DNA of 64,000 bases from assembly GCA_937899865.1 (NCBI GenBank), contig CALBRH010000063.1, forward strand, positions 64,001 to 128,000, written 5' to 3'. The position numbers were made by a program, and so were the translations under genes. The DNA is from an uncultured euryarchaeote. Its GTDB lineage: Archaea > Thermoplasmatota > Poseidoniia > Poseidoniales > Poseidoniaceae. A model generated the notes under the pieces. The model saw nothing but the letters and a program-made list of their open reading frames with translations, ran no database searches and had not been told where the DNA came from. Positions 30,524-40,157 of this stretch are shown piece after piece. Numbering within the stretch: position 1 is the stretch's first letter; every line of letters starts with the position of its first letter.

Positions 30524-31693
30524 ATGAACTACGCAGAAACCGATGAGCAGCAAATGATTAGAGAACTTGTGCGAGATTTCGCTGAGACTGTTTTAGCGCC
30601 TTCTGCAGAACATAGAGATGCTAATCAAATACCTCCTATTGAAGAATGGCAACAGTTCCTAGAATATGGTCTTCAAGGCGTCACAATTCCAGAACAATAC
30701 GGCGGTTCTCCAGTTGACGATATCTCTGAATCAATTATTGTCGAAGAGTTATCTAGGGTAGATCCATCATTTGGTGTAATGTTTTGTGTTCACGTTGGAC
30801 TCTGTGCAAAGACAATTGCTTTACATGGTAATGAAGAACAGAAGGCTAAGTATTTACCAAGACTAGCAGCAGGCGAAGTAGGCGCTTACTCGCTTTCCGA
30901 GGCAGGTGCAGGTACTGATGCTGCAGCAATGATTTGTAAAGCAAAATTATCTGAAGATGGTAAACACTTTTTGTTAAATGGGGAAAAAATGTGGGTTACA
31001 AATGGAGTACAAGCAGAAATTATAGTTTTGTTCGCCAAAGATGTAGATCATCCAGATTATGGTGTAAAGAAGCACGGTGGTACTACTGCATTCATAGTAG
31101 AATCTTCTTTTGAAGGTTTTTCTGTAGGTAAGAAAGAAGATAAATTGGGTATTCGTTCTTCAGATACCTGCACACTTATTCTAAACAACTGCAAAGTACC
31201 AGTAGAGAATGTGATAAAAGGAGTAGGAAATGGGTTTCCAATAGCTATGAATGCACTTGATAATAGTCGTATTGGAATTGCTGCACAAGCACTTGGTATT
31301 GCTCAAGGTGCTTATGAATCAGCACTAAATTACTCACATGAGAGGGAAGCATTTGGAAAACCAATTGCTCACCATCAAATGATAATGGCCTACTTGGCGG
31401 ATATGGCTACTAGGATACAGGCTGCTCGTCAGTTGGTTTATCGAGCATCTTGGGCCAAGCAAGAGCATTATGAAAATGATGGACCAAGACATACTCAAGA
31501 AGCTAGCATGGCAAAATTATATGCCGGTGACACAGCAATGTGGGTGTCAGAAAGAGCCATTCAAGTTCTTGGTGGCTATGGTTACACAAAGGAGTTTCCA
31601 GTTGAGCGATTCTTTAGAGATGCTAAGATCACACAAATCTATGAGGGAACTCAAGAGGTACAAAGAATTGTTATTTCAAGAAGCTTGAAATGA
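30524..31693 (+). CDS. Acyl-CoA dehydrogenase
   Basis: YSLSEAGAGTD, NGEKMWVTNG, KLGIRSSDT, RIGIAAQALG, GGYGYTKEFPVERFFRDAKITQIYEGT. Confidence 0.96.
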   Translation: MNYAETDEQQMIRELVRDFAETVLAPSAEHRDANQIPPIEEWQQFLEYGLQGVTIPEQYGGSPVDDISESIIVEELSRVDPSFGVMFCVHVGLCAKTIALHGNEEQKAKYLPRLAAGEVGAYSLSEAGAGTDAAAMICKAKLSEDGKHFLLNGEKMWVTNGVQAEIIVLFAKDVDHPDYGVKKHGGTTAFIVESSFEGFSVGKKEDKLGIRSSDTCTLILNNCKVPVENVIKGVGNGFPIAMNALDNSRIGIAAQALGIAQGAYESALNYSHEREAFGKPIAHHQMIMAYLADMATRIQAARQLVYRASWAKQEHYENDGPRHTQEASMAKLYAGDTAMWVSERAIQVLGGYGYTKEFPVERFFRDAKITQIYEGTQEVQRIVISRSLK

Positions 31694-31694
31694 T

Positions 31695-32804
31695 TCAGAA
31701 TTGTAAATCATTGCCCTTTAATTTTGCTTGTCTAAGCCCACTAGACCAATCAAATAGGCTGCCAATAAAGGATATTTTCTTGCCTTCCAATTGTTCAATT
31801 TGTTCATTATATTCTGGTTCAAACAATACTGATACTGTGTATGGTCCGTTGTCAAGAAGGCCAACAGCTGTCATCCCTCCACGATAACTATCCATGACTA
31901 ACAAAGTTCTCTCTACTCTTTCAACCATAAGAGTACATTCTCCAGGACTTGTAGAGTCAATCACACTATTTGCTTCTCTATGCAACCTTGTAGAATGTAG
32001 CCTCTCTATGCCTATTTCTATAGAGGTAGAAACAACAGGATAAGGTTCCTCACTTTCTTGAGTATGTTCAATTACTACCTCATTATTGATTTCGGGGCTT
32101 TCTAGAACTTCATCTTCCTCCTCGATATCTGTTATACTGCTAAGTTCTTTATCAATATCAATTTCTAATTCTTCATTTTCTAACTCTAAATCTTCGAAAG
32201 TTTCAGTTTGTTCTTGTAGTTCTTGAACTTCTTCATGTTCATTAGTAACTGGTTCTATTGTTGGGACATCGAATCCTATTGCTCCTAAGTAATTCCACAA
32301 TTCTTGCACTTCAATTACACCATTTTGATCACTATCTAAAATATTGATTAGAGTCTCAGAAACCCATTCTGGAGGTTGAGCACCAGATAAATTTACGATA
32401 AAGTCATTTAACTCTGCTTGACTTATTTTACCATCAGTATTTGTATCGATTTGTGTAGTTATTTCAACGGTTGAAAGTCCTGAATTTTGCAGCCATTGGC
32501 CAAATTGCTGTTTGATCATTTCTGCCATTCTAGGATCAACGTTACTTGCTATTTCGGTAATTTTACTTTTTGTAGCTTGGATTGCTCGCTCTTTTACACT
32601 GCTTCTCCAAGCGGAAATTTCTGGCTGTTGCGATAGTATCTCAATTACAGTTTCTCTTGGTACATTTGATGGAGGGGCATCTCCGACAAATTCTACTGCC
32701 AAATCTGCTAATTCAGAATTAGACAGCGAACTTAAATCATTATTTTCAGCAATTTTCTTTTCGATTTGCTTTGCTACAGCCTCGGATATCCTGCCACTGA
32801 ACAT
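31695..32804 (-). CDS. Hypothetical cytoplasmic EF-hand-pair protein with acidic linker and C-terminal beta (OB-like) domain
   Basis: Loops DTNTDGKISQAE and DSDQNGVIEVQE, 37 aa apart. No signal peptide or TM segment. Confidence 0.75.
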   Translation of the reverse strand: MFSGRISEAVAKQIEKKIAENNDLSSLSNSELADLAVEFVGDAPPSNVPRETVIEILSQQPEISAWRSSVKERAIQATKSKITEIASNVDPRMAEMIKQQFGQWLQNSGLSTVEITTQIDTNTDGKISQAELNDFIVNLSGAQPPEWVSETLINILDSDQNGVIEVQELWNYLGAIGFDVPTIEPVTNEHEEVQELQEQTETFEDLELENEELEIDIDKELSSITDIEEEDEVLESPEINNEVVIEHTQESEEPYPVVSTSIEIGIERLHSTRLHREANSVIDSTSPGECTLMVERVERTLLVMDSYRGGMTAVGLLDNGPYTVSVLFEPEYNEQIEQLEGKKISFIGSLFDWSSGLRQAKLKGNDLQF

Positions 32805-32843
32805 ACTAAGCCGTATGATTCATTATTCTTGAAGATGGTGCCT

Positions 32844-34184
32844 TCATTCTAATGACATTCTTGGCCAAGAATTGAAATCAGAATTTTGCCACTGAAGCGT
32901 TGCTAAGATTTCTTCAATTTCAGAGATGCTTTTCAAATCATTTTCTATTTGTATTCTGTACAACCATTCCTTCAGTCTACCAAGTTTTTGACCTTGTTCG
33001 ATGTTAGTTGTAGCCATTAACCATTTGCCATCGATTAGTTGTTCTTGACATTCAAGAGGTGGTAAGTTTTCTATTTCATGGATAATTTTAGTGAAATAAG
33101 ATTGTTTTGAAAAATTGTGAAAATCAATCATGTCATGCTGGTCAAAGATTTTCGATAAAGACAAAATTTGTCTCCACCTAGTTCCAATTAAGTGTCTATA
33201 CAAACGCAAATAACGGAGATCGTTTTGAGGAATTAATCTTGCCATTTGTGATGTAAAAATTATACTCTTTGAATCCTTTTTTGATAATTTTAATGTTTTA
33301 CATAAATCAATAATACTATTCTTTTCAAGTTGGTAATTTACTAACACGAATAGTGATATGTAATCCAAATCTTGCTTACTGTCAAGTGCTGATAATAATT
33401 TTGAAGTCTCTACATATTTCCAGCCAAAAATTACATTCAATATTTTATCTCTAATCATTAAGCTGATTATTTCTTGTGATTTTTTAGAATTTAGAATTTT
33501 GATTAATTCCTGCCATATCCTTTCTTTTGCTAAGTCACCAATTAGATAACTATTATTGATAATTACTTTGGACAAACTATCTTCTAATTTCCAATTATTA
33601 GTATTTATTTGGCCAAGGAAACGGTATGCACGAAGAATCCGCAAAGCATCTTCATTAATCCTTTTTTCCGGATTTCCCACACAGCGAATAATTTTATTTT
33701 CGATATCTTTAATTCCGTTATTTGGGTCATAGTATAGTCTTCTAGCAACATCAATAGCCATAGAATTAATTGTAAAATCTCTTCTCTTTAAGTCCTCATT
33801 CAAAGATAAATTCCATTCAACAGATTCCGGCCTACGATTATCCAAATATACTCCATCGGTTCTAAGTGTAGTTGTTTGGAATAAGTAATTTCCAGATTTT
33901 ATTGTAATTGTCCCGAATGAAAGGCCAGTTTCAATTGCATCTGGGAAAATGGATAGCAATTTTTCAGGTCTTAAGTCAGTTGCCAAATCAATATCTGATG
34001 GAATAAAACCCATTGATGCATCTCTTACTGCGCCGCCAACAATCCAGACGCCTCCCTTATTTTGCGAAATCTTGTTGATTGTATTTGATAACTCAATAGG
34101 CAGTTTATCTACAAACTTAGACATGTTTTCAGTTAATGGAAAACCAGCAACATCAGATTCGTTGCCCAAAACATACTCCGTCAA
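32844..34184 (-). CDS. cca: Class II (bacterial/eukaryotic-type) tRNA nucleotidyltransferase, CCA-adding/poly(A) polymerase family
   Basis: VGGAVRD, DIDLAT, TTLRTD, RRDFTINSMA, EDALRILRAYRF, ERIWQEL. Confidence 0.88.
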   Translation of the reverse strand: MTEYVLGNESDVAGFPLTENMSKFVDKLPIELSNTINKISQNKGGVWIVGGAVRDASMGFIPSDIDLATDLRPEKLLSIFPDAIETGLSFGTITIKSGNYLFQTTTLRTDGVYLDNRRPESVEWNLSLNEDLKRRDFTINSMAIDVARRLYYDPNNGIKDIENKIIRCVGNPEKRINEDALRILRAYRFLGQINTNNWKLEDSLSKVIINNSYLIGDLAKERIWQELIKILNSKKSQEIISLMIRDKILNVIFGWKYVETSKLLSALDSKQDLDYISLFVLVNYQLEKNSIIDLCKTLKLSKKDSKSIIFTSQMARLIPQNDLRYLRLYRHLIGTRWRQILSLSKIFDQHDMIDFHNFSKQSYFTKIIHEIENLPPLECQEQLIDGKWLMATTNIEQGQKLGRLKEWLYRIQIENDLKSISEIEEILATLQWQNSDFNSWPRMSLE

Positions 34185-34247
34185 ATCAATCTCCTAGCCC
34201 TATGGTAATTGCCAAAGTATTATCCTTGAAATACTGTTCCCAGTTTC

Positions 34248-34655
34248 ATGTGGACTGAAGATGATGTTACCATAGTAGAGGTAAGTTGGTTGAAACCACA
34301 TGAAGAAATCAAAATAAAAGCAAGAGATAAACTTCTTGACATGACAAAACGCTGGGGGGGATTTACCAAACCGGTATTAGTGGATAGCGAGACAGGATCT
34401 TTACTTGATGGACATCATAGACTGTCAGTTGCTAAGGAATTAGGATTATCTAAGATTCCTGCAATATGTCTAGATTATCTTTCATCAGATGATATAGTGT
34501 TAGAATTATGGCCAAACTCATCATTTGATGAAATCACTAAACAAATGGTAATCCAAATATGTCAATCTGATGAATTATTTCCGCCTAAAACAACCAAGCA
34601 TACGACTTTCTTTGACCTTCCACCAATTTTGGTCAGTTTGGATGAACTTAAGTAG
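34248..34655 (+). CDS. ParB/Srx-fold protein resembling a minimal SerK/SbnI-type kinase
   Basis: LKPHEE, KPVLVD, LLDGHHR, LDY...WP, FPPKTTKH. Confidence 0.7.
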   Translation: MWTEDDVTIVEVSWLKPHEEIKIKARDKLLDMTKRWGGFTKPVLVDSETGSLLDGHHRLSVAKELGLSKIPAICLDYLSSDDIVLELWPNSSFDEITKQMVIQICQSDELFPPKTTKHTTFFDLPPILVSLDELK

Positions 34656-36471
34656 TTCTAGATGAGATATAACTACGCCATTTCGAGTTACCTTTTCCAT
34701 CTAATTTATTCTTTAATTCAGGTTCTACTCTTAGATCTATCACACTCACATTAACTATTCCTTCATGAGCATAACATAATTCAACATTTGATGGTTCCAA
34801 TTTTGATAGTAAATTTTTCATTGATTTAATATTGCTAATTCTAACTCTATTTATTGAAATTAATTCATCTCCAGGCATGATTAAATTTCTTAGAGGGGAA
34901 TCGTTTTGATGGCTACTAACTATGACTTTACCACCTTTTTCTGATATGTTAAGTCCTAACCAAGATGATGATAACTTGGTATTTTTATCGACTTTACTCT
35001 TTAGCTTTAATCCATAGAAATCCAATGCTTTTGCTACATCAGGTGCTGTTTTGTCAAAGATTAATTCGTCTAAATACATACCGAGGTTTCTTCCACCTTC
35101 CATATTTACTAATTCTTTTCTTATATCTTTGTAGTCAATACCTATTCTTTCAGCATTGGGATATCCAATTGCATACTTTTCACATAATCTTACCATTAAG
35201 TTGCAGATGCCATGTTTTCCCTTCGAACGCTTTCTTAATTCTGCATCAACACAGAAAATAGCCAATTCACCTTCAAGGTAATATGAAATTTGAATTTCTC
35301 TAGAGAAGCTATGGCTTCTATAGAGGTGAATCCAAGCATCATGACTTGATTCAGCCAATGATTCATGTTCTGAACCATTTCTAATCGTATGCCTAGCAAG
35401 TTTTCTCTCCATATCTTTGCGCCAGTCTTCTTCAGACCATGCGCCAGATCTTACACAAAGCATATCTCCGAGCCATGAAGTACATCCTTCAAACCACCAT
35501 AGTAAGTCTGTATGAATTTCTTGTTGTAAATCATAATCGATGAAGTTCTTTGGTCTCAGTCGCTTAACATTCCATTGATGCATGTATTCATGACTGAATA
35601 AACTGATTAAATCTCGGTATTCATCATCATGACCATCTATCAAACAAATTCTTGGCAGCATAGAGGATTGAGAGTTTAGATGCTCCAATCCTCCTCTTGA
35701 TTTTTCAGTAAGATGTAGAACAGTTACGTATTCGCCCCAAACAGGTACTCCAAATAATGCATGATATTCTTTGATTATTTTTTTCATGTCTGTGATAAAA
35801 CGCTCGAGCATCTTTTGGTTTGTTGTATAATTTCCACTATCCCAAATTTTCAAAATATGGCTACGACCATCTACTTTGAAACTAATATTTTCATTAGGGT
35901 TTACCTCCATTATTCCATCAAGCAATTCATCTCTATTTGGTGCTGAGAATACATAACAATCTGCTTGGTTTCCAATTATTGAATCAATTTCACTTTTGTA
36001 ATCAGATGAAGTTAATTGAGTTGCAGGAGTCCATTTCGTTGGGCAATGAAGAATAATTTTATGTTTCATATCCATTCTTGATTTGTCAATTCCGGAAGTA
36101 GGTAGTAAGAATGTAAATGGGGGCATCATATGCAAATGACTACTATCTATATGAGTAGATCTAACTGATAGTTCTATTCCAAGTATCTTGTAATCTACGA
36201 CAACATCACTGGATAAATCAGAGATTTTAATCTCAACAGAATCTACAGCTTTTCGATTGAAGTCAATATTTTTTCCGTTTTGTTTGCAACTAATTCCCGT
36301 TAAGTATTGCATTGGCTCCCTTATGAAATATGAACCAGGAACCCAACGAGGAAATTTTAGAATTAATTTTTTACTATTGAAAGGCGGCGATACAGATACT
36401 CTAACATGCAGATATCGAGATGCTCCATCTGTGGCATCAATGGTAAAACTGACACCCGAACTGTTTGTCAT
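34648..36471 (-). CDS. M61 family metallo-aminopeptidase with C-terminal PDZ domain
   Basis: PRWVPGSY, GGLEH, SHEYMHQWNVKRLRP, LWWFEG, PDZ WLGL...PGDELISIN. Confidence 0.93.
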   Translation of the reverse strand: MTNSSGVSFTIDATDGASRYLHVRVSVSPPFNSKKLILKFPRWVPGSYFIREPMQYLTGISCKQNGKNIDFNRKAVDSVEIKISDLSSDVVVDYKILGIELSVRSTHIDSSHLHMMPPFTFLLPTSGIDKSRMDMKHKIILHCPTKWTPATQLTSSDYKSEIDSIIGNQADCYVFSAPNRDELLDGIMEVNPNENISFKVDGRSHILKIWDSGNYTTNQKMLERFITDMKKIIKEYHALFGVPVWGEYVTVLHLTEKSRGGLEHLNSQSSMLPRICLIDGHDDEYRDLISLFSHEYMHQWNVKRLRPKNFIDYDLQQEIHTDLLWWFEGCTSWLGDMLCVRSGAWSEEDWRKDMERKLARHTIRNGSEHESLAESSHDAWIHLYRSHSFSREIQISYYLEGELAIFCVDAELRKRSKGKHGICNLMVRLCEKYAIGYPNAERIGIDYKDIRKELVNMEGGRNLGMYLDELIFDKTAPDVAKALDFYGLKLKSKVDKNTKLSSSWLGLNISEKGGKVIVSSHQNDSPLRNLIMPGDELISINRVRISNIKSMKNLLSKLEPSNVELCYAHEGIVNVSVIDLRVEPELKNKLDGKGNSKWRSYISSRTT

Positions 36472-36473
36472 GA

Positions 36474-37475
36474 CTACACCCCATTGATGGCGGTTGAAAG
36501 GTTATGCGCTGTAATTTTAATCAAATCACTAGTTGAACTTTCTGAAATATGCTTGGCCTTTAATCTGATTGACTCTTCTTGGCAACGAGAAAATAATCTT
36601 TCAATTAATCGACATCTTTCTATTTCATCAACTTCTTCATTGCCGATAATCTCCCAGCGTAACTTGTCTTCAGCATCTCCCTTTTTACCTTGTAACCACC
36701 TACCAACAATAACATATTGTTGATTTTCATTTAACATCTTGATTATTTCATGATCTATAGTTTGGCAATGCTTTTGTAAAACATTGACTAGAACCTTTGT
36801 TTCAGTATTGTTGATTTTGTTAATATTTTCAATTAATTTTTTTGGGTTATTCCTAACTAAATAAGAGATTAACAATTTTATTTCAGTGCCTCTTTCTATC
36901 AAATCATCTAAAACCGTATCATCAATGTTATAATCCGATTCAATTAGTTTGCTAATGCTATATTCAACAACTTTGATGGATTCATCATCTATTGCTTGTA
37001 TTAGATGTTCTTTATCTGAATATTTGCTTTTTAGTGCAACAATTTTTAATTTTTCATCCCCACTGGTAAATAATGCATCAAAGAATTTTTTTTCATTTTC
37101 AGCTTTCAAAATAAATTCTGCAGCTTTTGTTTGACAAATCAAATCATCCTTGGAGAATAATTTCTTAACAATGTCAATGTTTTCTGCTCTAAAATTTTCC
37201 AAAAGATTAGCAGCAACTCTATTGTAGTTCAAATTGTGGTGATCTATTAGAGGTTGTAAATCGGAAACATTTTTTCTAATCGACCATGTTCTAAATGCGT
37301 CAATTGCCTTGGATCTGTACCACGAATCTTTATCGTCAAGCAATGAAATAAATGCTGAAAGATTATTTTCATCATCTATCTCAAAAAGTTCTCTCACTGC
37401 TCTTCGCCTTTTTCTTTCATCCTTACTTTTGAGATTATTTATTACGGATGTAGATCTATTCGACAAATTACTCAC
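36474..37475 (-). CDS. HEAT-repeat protein
   Basis: ERKRRRAVREL, LLDDKDSWYRSKAIDA, AIDDESIKVVEYSI. Confidence 0.65.
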   Translation of the reverse strand: MSNLSNRSTSVINNLKSKDERKRRRAVRELFEIDDENNLSAFISLLDDKDSWYRSKAIDAFRTWSIRKNVSDLQPLIDHHNLNYNRVAANLLENFRAENIDIVKKLFSKDDLICQTKAAEFILKAENEKKFFDALFTSGDEKLKIVALKSKYSDKEHLIQAIDDESIKVVEYSISKLIESDYNIDDTVLDDLIERGTEIKLLISYLVRNNPKKLIENINKINNTETKVLVNVLQKHCQTIDHEIIKMLNENQQYVIVGRWLQGKKGDAEDKLRWEIIGNEEVDEIERCRLIERLFSRCQEESIRLKAKHISESSTSDLIKITAHNLSTAINGV

Positions 37476-38443
37476 CAGTCAATTTCTTCATCATCGCTAA
37501 ATTCATTCCATTTGCTAAGGTCAAAATTGGTAATCATTGGATGTAACATCACCTGAATTATTGGCCACAATCTCAAAAATGAAGGAGAGTAATGCCATAA
37601 TAATTTGACCATTGGATGTTCTGATACAGGTATGCCTCCTTCGCCAATTGGAGGTGTGTCATCTGGTAAATTGTTCAATTTAGCGACTAAATCTTGTAAA
37701 CTATTAAGCTCGTCAGAATCGATAATTTCTAATTCCTCGCAAGTTTCAATCGATAATTCAATCAAATCAGCAAGTTCTTTTGGATGTAGGTGATTATTGT
37801 TTGTAGAATCAACATCTATTGGTCCAAAACACACATTTCCTAGGTCGGTTTCAAGTTCTATATCATCTTGCAACTCAATCTTCATTAAATGTTGAGAATT
37901 TCTGTCACCTATTGGTGCTATAACAAAACCTCCATCTTCTATGCGTGATTTTATCCACTTTGGGACGGCTTCAATTTGACCAGTCATAATCACTCGATTA
38001 AATTCGCCTGGAAAAGCAACTGGTGCTATATCTAAATCTTCTATATTTCTTATATCCACAGTTGGCCAGTGAGATAGTCTTTCTTTGGCATGATTTACTA
38101 CTTCTAATGATGGATCTAAAACATTAACTCTACCATTTTCTCCCACTATCTGGGCTATTAAGGCGGCTAAATAGCCACCTTTACATCCGACGACAATGAC
38201 CTCTTGTCCTTTAGATAATTCCATATGATGCAGTAATGTAATAATCATATGAGGGGCTGAAATAGTTTTGATGTTACCAGAAGTTGACTCGATATATGGA
38301 ACTGGCCTATCAGCAAAGAATGGAGCGACATCATAATCTGTAAAGTCCTCTAAATCAACATTTAGCATTGCTTTTTTAACCTCCAGCGGAACCAAAACAC
38401 CTTCTTTGGAAAGGCGTCTAAGTAGGTCCGCTGTCCGCGTCAT
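37472..38443 (-). CDS. pcm: Protein-L-isoaspartate O-methyltransferase family protein with C-terminal extension
   Basis: TISAPHM, VGCKGGYLAALIA, GGFVIAPIG, VCFGPI. Start refined to ATG 38443. Confidence 0.78.
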   Translation of the reverse strand: MTRTADLLRRLSKEGVLVPLEVKKAMLNVDLEDFTDYDVAPFFADRPVPYIESTSGNIKTISAPHMIITLLHHMELSKGQEVIVVGCKGGYLAALIAQIVGENGRVNVLDPSLEVVNHAKERLSHWPTVDIRNIEDLDIAPVAFPGEFNRVIMTGQIEAVPKWIKSRIEDGGFVIAPIGDRNSQHLMKIELQDDIELETDLGNVCFGPIDVDSTNNNHLHPKELADLIELSIETCEELEIIDSDELNSLQDLVAKLNNLPDDTPPIGEGGIPVSEHPMVKLLWHYSPSFLRLWPIIQVMLHPMITNFDLSKWNEFSDDEEIDW

Positions 38444-38480
38444 AGCAAGACTATAACCTCGTGTCTTGTAAATGATGCCA

Positions 38481-39398
38481 TCAATTTGACATTGTCTTAA
38501 ATTTCTCTTCAACAATCTCATCAATAAAACTAATATTTTCTTCGTGCTCTTTAACTGCCATTTGAATCAATTCGTCATCAGTTATTTGGTCGAATTCTTC
38601 ATTTTTCATTTCAGAAATTTGTGATTTGATTGATTTTTTGATGTCATTTAATACATTAATCATATTATCAACCAAATTCGTGTCCTCGTTTTCAACTTCA
38701 AGAGAAATAGTTTCAATCAATGACTTTACCAATTTTGGATCTGTATATGATTCATCAAATGATGAAAAAATGTCATCCATTAATATTGATTCTATACGTG
38801 CTAAATGTTCAGAGATGGTGGCTCTAGCTAGTCCAATTTCGCTTGCTAAATCAGAGATTCTAGTTCTTTTAGGAATATCAAAAAATCCTCTATCATAAGC
38901 GAATTTTGCAATTTTCAGTTGCTTTGTTGATAATGCAGATTGATTGATTGTTGAATTAAAATCAAGACTTCTTGCACTAATTCTGTCAGGCTGAGCAATT
39001 AATCTTGCTAAAGTAGAAACAAGTTTGAGTTTAATTGGAGAACCTTGAATGATATAGGTTAATCCTTCTCCGTCAAGTCTACTCCCAGGTACTGAACTTG
39101 TTCCATTTGTTCTAGCATTTAGATTAGAAACGGAATGATTTAATTTGACTAATAGCAGATAGCTATCAGAATTTTCTTTTGGTTCAAGAATAATATCAAG
39201 AAGTTCAATGAAATGTAAATCTACTAAGTCATCAGGTGATTTTCCTTCACAAAAATCCACCTTTAGAATTATTCTAATATCCTTTGGTATTCTTTTTACG
39301 TAACAAATAAACTCTGCTTGTTTGAATAAATCGGTAAGTTCTCCAATATCCAAATTCTTAATTCGAGATCTTTTCCAAAATAAGGTGACCTCTCGCAT
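38481..39398 (-). CDS. HTH_10 (Bat/bacterio-opsin-activator-type HTH) transcriptional regulator
   Basis: LSTKQLKIAKFAYDRGFFDIPKRTRISDLASEIGLARATISEHLARIE. Confidence 0.88.
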   Translation of the reverse strand: MREVTLFWKRSRIKNLDIGELTDLFKQAEFICYVKRIPKDIRIILKVDFCEGKSPDDLVDLHFIELLDIILEPKENSDSYLLLVKLNHSVSNLNARTNGTSSVPGSRLDGEGLTYIIQGSPIKLKLVSTLARLIAQPDRISARSLDFNSTINQSALSTKQLKIAKFAYDRGFFDIPKRTRISDLASEIGLARATISEHLARIESILMDDIFSSFDESYTDPKLVKSLIETISLEVENEDTNLVDNMINVLNDIKKSIKSQISEMKNEEFDQITDDELIQMAVKEHEENISFIDEIVEEKFKTMSN

Positions 39399-39447
39399 GT
39401 AACTCCTAAAGGCATTTGTTTGATAACTTCTATTGATAAATGAATCA

Positions 39448-40083
39448 TCAATTTCTCATTTCTAACCATGCTAAAAATGAAACAATTGGTAGCAAAATAA
39501 GCAGCATTCGATTTAGTTTATTTTGATAATCATTATATTCATTTGAACTTGCAGGATTAACTTCTATAGACTTTGCTTTACGAGTTCTTCGCAAAACTCC
39601 AACTTTTTCTTCAACCCTTTTTAGAACACGATTCCTTAGTTTTGGAGATGAACTCTTGAGATTACCTCTGCCAACTATAAATTTGACAGTAGTTCGCTCT
39701 GCTAATTCAAGTGCAGCATCTACTACTCCTTCGATATTGTCAAGATTGTGCATATCAATTCTAAGATTAACTCCATCACTTGAAATGTGGCTAAGTACAC
39801 GCCATTTACCTTGTCCTTCATTAAACTGTGATAATTTTTCTCTTGCTTCAATAAGTGGTTCTTTAGTCAAAATTACAGGTCTTCGACGTCTAGCTAGAAA
39901 AGGTCCAAGAATAATTGAGAGCAAAAATGGTGGAATACACATCAATGAAACAGTTCTTTGAATATTCTCAGCATCTGTTAAGACTGAAATCGTGGCAAGG
40001 GAGAAGCCTAGGTATAGCCCTATCAATCCGCCAGCTTGAAAGCCCATTGTCAATCCTACTGGCTCCCCTTTAGCATCCTCCAT
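39448..40083 (-). CDS. Membrane protein containing an Smr-like domain
   Basis: Two N-terminal TMs, IDMHNL...VKFIVGRG...KLRNRV, one C-terminal TM. Confidence 0.65.
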   Translation of the reverse strand: MEDAKGEPVGLTMGFQAGGLIGLYLGFSLATISVLTDAENIQRTVSLMCIPPFLLSIILGPFLARRRRPVILTKEPLIEAREKLSQFNEGQGKWRVLSHISSDGVNLRIDMHNLDNIEGVVDAALELAERTTVKFIVGRGNLKSSSPKLRNRVLKRVEEKVGVLRRTRKAKSIEVNPASSNEYNDYQNKLNRMLLILLPIVSFLAWLEMRN

Positions 40084-40157
40084 GTATTATGCTGCGACTA
40101 GGGATAGATGAACACTTTGACATCAATAATTTTTAACTATCAATTTGTGGCCCAATT

